A stretch of 64,000 bases of DNA, taken from the NCBI GenBank assembly GCA_963815095.1, contig CAWFFH010000003.1, positions 192,001 to 256,000 of the forward strand, read 5' to 3'. Below, piece after piece: positions 58,642 through 64,000 of the stretch. Source of the stretch: Candidatus Bathyarchaeota archaeon. Lineage in GTDB: Archaea > Thermoproteota > Bathyarchaeia > Bathyarchaeales > Bathycorpusculaceae. Made by a program: the position numbers and the translations under genes. Each line of letters begins with the position of its first letter. Within the stretch, counting starts at the first letter, position 1. The notes under the pieces are model-generated. The model made no database searches. It had not been told where the DNA came from and saw only the letters and a program-made list of their open reading frames with translations.

Positions 58642-59835
58642 TTAGACCTTAACGTCGCAGACGTTGTCGATTTTCTTTAGAACCTCAAGTGTTGCATGGT
58701 CAACTTTCTTGTGCAGGACGTACACTGAGATGGCGTAGCCGCTTTTTCCGATTTGCCGCGAATAGTTCGCTCGGATGTTGATGTCGCTGTCCGCTAATAC
58801 CTTGTCGATGCTAGCAAAAACTCCTGGAACATCTCGGTGATGGATGAAGAGCGTGTGAACGGCTTTTTCTTCCACTTCTATGCTTTCGCCAGCGTTCACG
58901 GCGTTGGTGAAGTCTCCGCCTAAAAGGTATCCTGAAATGACCCGGGCAATCTCGGTTGATGTTTCACGTTGTGCTTCTGCGGTTGATGCGCCAAGATGGC
59001 TACTCAACACGATGTTTTGGAGTTCTTTTAGTTGGTCTTTGAATTCGGCGCCTTCACCTTTGGGTTCTTCTTGGTACACATCAGTTGCGGCTCCCGCGAT
59101 TTTGCCTTCTTTTAGCGCTTTGTAGAGTGCTTGTTGGTCAATGTTACTGCCTCGTGAAGTATTGATTACATAAGCGGTAGGTTTCATGAGGGCGAATTCT
59201 TTTTCGCCGATTACAGCCTCTTTGCCTCCCGTGTGAAGGCTGATATAATCAGCTTTTGCGAGAACTTCCTCTTTACTCATGAATTTTATTCCTGACTCTA
59301 AGCATGGCTTAATGTCGTAGCCAATGACTTCCATATCGAAGGCGCGCCTGGCTATTTGAGCTACTTTCTGACCGATTCTGCCACAGCCCAAAAGCCCCAA
59401 CGTTTTGTACGCAAGTTCGGTGCCTTTGAGGCTGTCTTTTTTCCAAACCCCATTCTTGAGTGAGGCGTGGGCTTGGGGGGTTTTTCTTGAAATACTTAGC
59501 ATTAAACCTATGGTTAATTCTGCAACAGCGTTAGTGCTGCCGTACGGCGCAATCTTTACGACGATACCGAATTCTGAAGCCGCAGCCGCATCAATGTTAT
59601 CGTATCCAACGCCTGCTCTACCGACAATTTTGAGTTTGCCTTTGGCACCTGCTTCCAAAACCTCACGCGTAACTTTAGTAGCGCTACGGACAACTAATGC
59701 GTCAAACTGGCCAATCTCACCAACAAGAGCGGCTAAATCGCGCTTTTTTGTGTCTGTTTCTATGCCTGCTTCTTGGAAGAGCTTTAGGCCTTCCTTCTCT
59801 AAACCATCGTTCAACAGTACCTTCATGCTTAGCAT
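58642..59835 (-). CDS. serA: D-3-phosphoglycerate dehydrogenase with ACT domain
   Basis: VRSATKV, GRAGVGYDNID, AVAEL, GCGRIG, INTSRG, DVYQEEP, SHLGASTAEAQ, C-terminal HRDVPGV ACT domain. Confidence 0.88.
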   Translation of the reverse strand: MLSMKVLLNDGLEKEGLKLFQEAGIETDTKKRDLAALVGEIGQFDALVVRSATKVTREVLEAGAKGKLKIVGRAGVGYDNIDAAAASEFGIVVKIAPYGSTNAVAELTIGLMLSISRKTPQAHASLKNGVWKKDSLKGTELAYKTLGLLGCGRIGQKVAQIARRAFDMEVIGYDIKPCLESGIKFMSKEEVLAKADYISLHTGGKEAVIGEKEFALMKPTAYVINTSRGSNIDQQALYKALKEGKIAGAATDVYQEEPKGEGAEFKDQLKELQNIVLSSHLGASTAEAQRETSTEIARVISGYLLGGDFTNAVNAGESIEVEEKAVHTLFIHHRDVPGVFASIDKVLADSDINIRANYSRQIGKSGYAISVYVLHKKVDHATLEVLKKIDNVCDVKV

Positions 59836-59908
59836 CTCCAGTAAATATTAACTGAAAAGTTGATTGTTATTGTGGATAATAAAGTTCTCTGAATAAACGA
59901 TTTGTCAC

Positions 59909-60199
59909 TTATGCTTTTTGTTTGACTTTTGGAGAGTTTTTTGGTTTGCTGACTCTTGTAGCCATTATGTCATAGGTTGATTTTACGTGGCAGTAAGGAC
60001 ATTTTAGTGGTCTTCTGCCCCTGTAAAGAAGGGAAGTAATTGTGGCACCTGGGACCCAATGGAAATTGAAGCTTTTCCTGCAGTTTGGGCACGTTAATCG
60101 GGATGTGTAGTGTGGACCGTACCTTGGAAGCAACACAAAAAGTATCACGAAACCTATGGCGACAATTAAGAACAGAATCGATAGGGGATCGAATGTCAT
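59909..60199 (-). CDS. Hypothetical membrane-anchored zinc-ribbon protein
   Basis: N-terminal TM helix, CPNC and CPYC. Confidence 0.7.
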   Translation of the reverse strand: MTFDPLSILFLIVAIGFVILFVLLPRYGPHYTSRLTCPNCRKSFNFHWVPGATITSLLYRGRRPLKCPYCHVKSTYDIMATRVSKPKNSPKVKQKA

Positions 60200-60265
60200 A
60201 GGTTTTCAGTCCTAAAAGCGAAAAGTTGCTTAATTAATGTTTAGGGCAAAGAATGGGAATTGGGG

Positions 60266-61603
60266 TTAAACCTTTTTGATGTAGCTTAAGGCTTCTTCCA
60301 CATTTTGGAAACCATATTTTACGTTGCAAAACTCTTTCTTAAGTGTCAAAACATCAACTTTAACTTGGGCTGGGGTCCGTTTGCTCTTGATGACGTCAAG
60401 CATCAAGTCACAGAGATGTTTAACATCGCCTTCGCCAAAGCCCCTTCGGGTTATGTCTTGGAAACCAACCCGTAAGCCTGAGGGGTTTTCTTTTGTGCTT
60501 TGGTCATCGTAGGGAAGCAGGTTTTTGTTTAGGATGATGTTGGCGTCTTCGAGGTCTTGAGCGATTTTGTTTCCTCCTCCGTAACTTCGAATGTCAAGTG
60601 CAATCTGGTGTGACTTTGTGAAGCCTTTGTGTTCTGCGAGTACTTTAACTCCGTTTTCGCAGAGGTATTGCCCTGCGGTTTGGGCATTCTTGACTATTTG
60701 TTTTGCTAATTGAGGGCCAAAAACTTTCATTTCCAATGCAGCTATGCTCAGTGCAGGTAACCTGCCAAGATGGGTGCTTGAAGCGCTGAGTGGGAAAACT
60801 GCGAATTGTATCTTTTTTGCTGCTTTTTCCGTCGCTGGGCTGTTTGGGCTTCCCATTATAACTCCGCCTTGTGGTCCGGGGAAGGTTTTGTGGGTTGATG
60901 AGGTGATGAAGTCTGCGCCTTCGCGGAGGGGATCTTGGAATTGTCCGCCTGCAATTAAACCCAGTACGTGTGACGCATCATAGGCGATGTATGCGCCTAC
61001 TTCGTTGCAAACTTCTTTTAGTTCTTTTATCGGGTGCGGGAATAGGAAGAGACTGCCGCCGAAGGTAACGATCCCCGGTTTAGCTGCACGTATTACCCAA
61101 GCAGATTTTTCTGCATCTATGTTAAACTCGTCAATGTTGTAAATGTGATTAATGTTATCTAACCCAAGGATGTTGCCTGCTAAACCTGTGTAATCGTGAC
61201 TGATGTGTGCACCACAACTTAGTGGAGTGACAACCATCTTGTTATTTTTTGAAGCCATTGACAAACCCTTGAAAGTTGCAAGGTTTGCGTGTGTGCCTGA
61301 AACCAAGCGGACATCTGCCCAAGTGCTCCTAAAGAGATCTTTCATGATGTCTGTGGCAAGGTCTTCAATCTGGGACATGTATTTCTGCCCTTGATAATAC
61401 CGCTTCTTGACGTGACCTTGGGCGTCGTTGTCGCCTTCAGCATAGCGGCATGCGAGGTCATGTGAGAGGTCGAGCATTTGGTTGACGGCGGGGGATTTGA
61501 GTCCTTCGCTGGCGATCATGTTTATGCATTCTTTGTCGCGGTATTGTTCGTGTTTTTTTGTTGCTTCCACTATATCTGCGACTAAACTGGGCAGGTCGTT
61601 CAT
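60266..61603 (-). CDS. glyA: Serine hydroxymethyltransferase
   Basis: INMIASE, RYAEG, RYYQG, GAHISH, YDASHVLGLIAG, SSTHKTFPGPQGG (PLP lysine), NKNLLP. ATG 61603 preferred. Confidence 0.96.
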   Translation of the reverse strand: MNDLPSLVADIVEATKKHEQYRDKECINMIASEGLKSPAVNQMLDLSHDLACRYAEGDNDAQGHVKKRYYQGQKYMSQIEDLATDIMKDLFRSTWADVRLVSGTHANLATFKGLSMASKNNKMVVTPLSCGAHISHDYTGLAGNILGLDNINHIYNIDEFNIDAEKSAWVIRAAKPGIVTFGGSLFLFPHPIKELKEVCNEVGAYIAYDASHVLGLIAGGQFQDPLREGADFITSSTHKTFPGPQGGVIMGSPNSPATEKAAKKIQFAVFPLSASSTHLGRLPALSIAALEMKVFGPQLAKQIVKNAQTAGQYLCENGVKVLAEHKGFTKSHQIALDIRSYGGGNKIAQDLEDANIILNKNLLPYDDQSTKENPSGLRVGFQDITRRGFGEGDVKHLCDLMLDVIKSKRTPAQVKVDVLTLKKEFCNVKYGFQNVEEALSYIKKV

Positions 61604-61715
61604 TGTTTTACCTCTGCTGAGTATCAACGGAATTAGGCTTAGCAGTATTTAGCCGTTACTGGGAGCGGATGGTTATTGAAAGATTGTTTGGTGCGATGTT
61701 TCATGGACGTTATTT

Positions 61716-61731
61716 TTTAGGTGTGCCTAAA
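61716..61731. promoter_or_regulatory. DtxR-type operator palindrome 1 (TTTAGGTGTGCCTAAA)
   Basis: TTTAGG-N4-CCTAAA immediately upstream of a TTTATAT box (61734-61740). Confidence 0.75.
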
Positions 61732-61755
61732 CATTTATATGGTTTGGAGGTAGGA

Positions 61756-61771
61756 TTTAGGTATACCTAAA
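61756..61771. promoter_or_regulatory. DtxR-type operator palindrome 2 (TTTAGGTATACCTAAA)
   Basis: Perfect 16-bp palindrome 17 nt upstream of the DtxR-family start codon. Confidence 0.8.
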
Positions 61772-61788
61772 AAAACAGGCGGAACAAA

Positions 61789-62508
61789 ATGGAGCAAAAA
61801 TCAACCCAAGACTACCTCAAAGCCATCTACAACATAGCCAAAAACGGCGACTTAGTCAGCACCACCGAAATCAGCCAAAAACTCAACGTCGCACCCGCCA
61901 GCGTCACAGAAATGCTCAAAAAACTCTCCGACGACAATTACATAAAATATGAACCCTACAAAGGCAGCGCCCTCACCAAAAAAGGGCTCCACGAAGCCCA
62001 GCGAGTCGCCAGAAAACACCGATTGCTCGAAACGTTTCTCGCCGACGTACTCCATATTGGAAAAGACAAAGTTCACAAGGAAGCTTGCCAGCTTGAGCAT
62101 GCCCTATCAGACGAAGCTGAAGAGTCACTCTGCCGTCTGTTGAAGCACCCTGATACTTGCTCGGACGACGGCAAAACCATCCCCGCCTGTGATTTACCGT
62201 TCTCTAACTGTGAAGAATGCATCCAACTTCACAATCAAGGCTTAGAAGAAGTTGGGAAACGAAAAGAAAACCTCGTCGCATTAAGCGAACTGAAGAGGGG
62301 GCAATCAGGTAAAATCTCCTTCATTAGAGGAGGTCATAATGTGCTCCAACGGCTCTTGGATATGGGGTTAACACCTAGTACAAAGATAACTCTGCTGAAA
62401 GCAGCACCGTTTGAGGGGCCTATCGAGATATCAGTGCGGGGCTCAAAATTAGCGTTGGGCAGAGGTATCGCGTCCAAAGTTTTTGTTGAAATTGAACATA
62501 AGATTTGA
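61789..62508 (+). CDS. DtxR/MntR family metal-dependent repressor with C-terminal FeoA domain
   Basis: [38 protein letters not shown], Cys-rich linker, [26 protein letters not shown]. Confidence 0.95.
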   Translation: MEQKSTQDYLKAIYNIAKNGDLVSTTEISQKLNVAPASVTEMLKKLSDDNYIKYEPYKGSALTKKGLHEAQRVARKHRLLETFLADVLHIGKDKVHKEACQLEHALSDEAEESLCRLLKHPDTCSDDGKTIPACDLPFSNCEECIQLHNQGLEEVGKRKENLVALSELKRGQSGKISFIRGGHNVLQRLLDMGLTPSTKITLLKAAPFEGPIEISVRGSKLALGRGIASKVFVEIEHKI

Positions 62509-62522
62509 GGAGGCTTCAAACT

Positions 62523-64000
62523 TTGTCATGCCATTCTAATGCTAAGTCAAAAGGGCAAATATGCAAAGGAAGAAACTGTAAGCAACTAACTTTTGCGCTT
62601 GCAGGAAACGCCAACGTCGGCAAAAGTGTAATCTTCAACCAGCTCACCGGGTCTAATCAGATAATCGGTAATTGGCCAGGTAAAACCGTGGATCGGGCAG
62701 AGGGCACATTAAACTATGAAGGCTACGAAATAAAGATTATAGACTTGCCGGGAATCTACTCTTTTTCAACGTTTTCTATGGAAGAAATTGTTTCAAGAGA
62801 TTACATCGCTCTTGAAAAACCTGATGTGGTCATAAACGTTGTTGACGCTTCAGTTTTGGAAAGAAATTTGTTTTTCACTTTGCAGTTGCTTGAAATGCAG
62901 GCTCCTTTGGTTTTATGTGTAAATCAAGTAGATGTTGCAAAAAGCAAAGGGATGATAATTGACAAGGAAAAACTGCAGAAAGCCCTTGGTGTGCCCGTTG
63001 TATTTGTAGTGGCAACACGGGGAGAAGGCATCTATGAACTCATGGGTGAAGCCGTAAATGTTGCCCTATCCAAACCAAAGAACAAGAATCTAAGATACCG
63101 ACGAGATGTGGAAGAGAGCATAACAAAACTAAAGCAGGTTATAGATACAGCCAACCTTTCATTGCAGTATCCCCCTCGTTGGCTAGCAATAAAACTGCTT
63201 GAAGGCGACGGCGAAATCATCAAGGCTGTTTCCACCGAGTCAAGGGAAGTCATCAATTCTGCCTTAGCTATATCGAAGGAAATGTCCAGCAATTGCCAAG
63301 AAGCGTGCTTCTCAGCTATCGCTTCTGAACGGTATGCGCTTGCAAGTTCCATCGCTGCTTCTGCTCTTCAGCAAAGTGAAGTAAAGAGCACTTTCTCTGA
63401 AAAACTTGAATGGATAACAACTCACAGGGTACTGGGATACTTTACATCTGTGGGAATAATTGCTGGGTTACTGCTTTGGACATTTTTCATAGGGAATGAA
63501 CTGTCTAATTTGATTTCAAGTGGCTTAAGTTTCATTAAACCAATTGACCCAGCTTTATCTACTTCTCAACCAATTCTGTCGATTATTTTGAACGGTGTTT
63601 GGGGTGGATTCAATGCTGGGTTAACCCTGATTATTCCCTTCGTTATCCCGTTTTACCTATTACTGGCTTTTGTTGAGAACTCAGGTGTCCTTACCCGTGT
63701 AGCTTTCGTGATGGATAGTGCCATGCACAAAATGGGCTTACACGGCAAAGCCTTAATCCCTATAATTTTGGGATATGGCTGTAACGTGCCTGCGATTCAA
63801 GCTTGCAAAATCATGGAGACGCGACGCGAGCGGCTTTTAGCTGCCTTCGCCATCACTTTCGCCCCTTGTTCAGCCAGAACTATCGTGCTCTTTGGTATGG
63901 TAGGATTGTTTGTTGGCATTCAGTGGGCGTTGTTGCTCTATGTGGTTGATGTGGTAGTTATCTTTGCTTTAGGCAGAGTCGCTATGAAAGTGATTCCAGG
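62523..64000 (+). CDS. feoB: Ferrous iron transporter B (3' end runs off the window)
   Basis: Not in the track. TTG 62523 after GGAGG; [59 protein letters not shown]. Confidence 0.95.
   Translation, partial: MSCHSNAKSKGQICKGRNCKQLTFALAGNANVGKSVIFNQLTGSNQIIGNWPGKTVDRAEGTLNYEGYEIKIIDLPGIYSFSTFSMEEIVSRDYIALEKPDVVINVVDASVLERNLFFTLQLLEMQAPLVLCVNQVDVAKSKGMIIDKEKLQKALGVPVVFVVATRGEGIYELMGEAVNVALSKPKNKNLRYRRDVEESITKLKQVIDTANLSLQYPPRWLAIKLLEGDGEIIKAVSTESREVINSALAISKEMSSNCQEACFSAIASERYALASSIAASALQQSEVKSTFSEKLEWITTHRVLGYFTSVGIIAGLLLWTFFIGNELSNLISSGLSFIKPIDPALSTSQPILSIILNGVWGGFNAGLTLIIPFVIPFYLLLAFVENSGVLTRVAFVMDSAMHKMGLHGKALIPIILGYGCNVPAIQACKIMETRRERLLAAFAITFAPCSARTIVLFGMVGLFVGIQWALLLYVVDVVVIFALGRVAMKVIP

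Noticed and set aside
1-64000. CRISPR arrays, transposases, integrases, rRNA genes
   Set aside because: No regularly spaced repeats or corresponding motifs were seen by eye; short degenerate elements could have been missed.

Overview
Archaeal chromosomal window, most consistent with Bathyarchaeia (TACK). Support: TBP, ABCE1/RLI, Lhr, TrmY, a Cren7-like zinc-ribbon protein, an intron-containing tRNA, frequent TTG starts, and an array of secreted PQQ-like beta-propeller proteins. Layout: (1) 1-11.5 kb, three paralogous membrane-anchored beta-propeller genes with two divergently transcribed double-domain Lrp/AsnC regulators; (2) tRNA-Arg, GT2, MscS and a lysine 2,3-aminomutase (AblA-type) directly followed by an EctA-like acetyltransferase instead of AblB; (3) 16-41 kb, mostly housekeeping genes plus several small genes missed by the ORF track (RHH protein, Cren7-like protein, 23-aa acidic Trp peptide); (4) after tRNA-Ser(GGA), a decaying accessory stretch (CheB-CheR-PAS kinase, AlkA pseudogene, hydrolase remnant, YHS, redox/metal genes); (5) a candidate ~143-nt structured RNA, LonC-like protease, Dph6+GATase, AT3+SGNH, serA, glyA and a DtxR-feoB locus with two palindromic operators. 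Best candidates for something new: the AblA+EctA-like osmolyte operon, the structured RNA, the CdrS-like gene followed by a possible coreless FtsZ remnant, and the repeated AT3-SGNH pairing. All calls come from reading motifs by eye; no searches were run. Some frameshifts in homopolymers may be sequencing errors.
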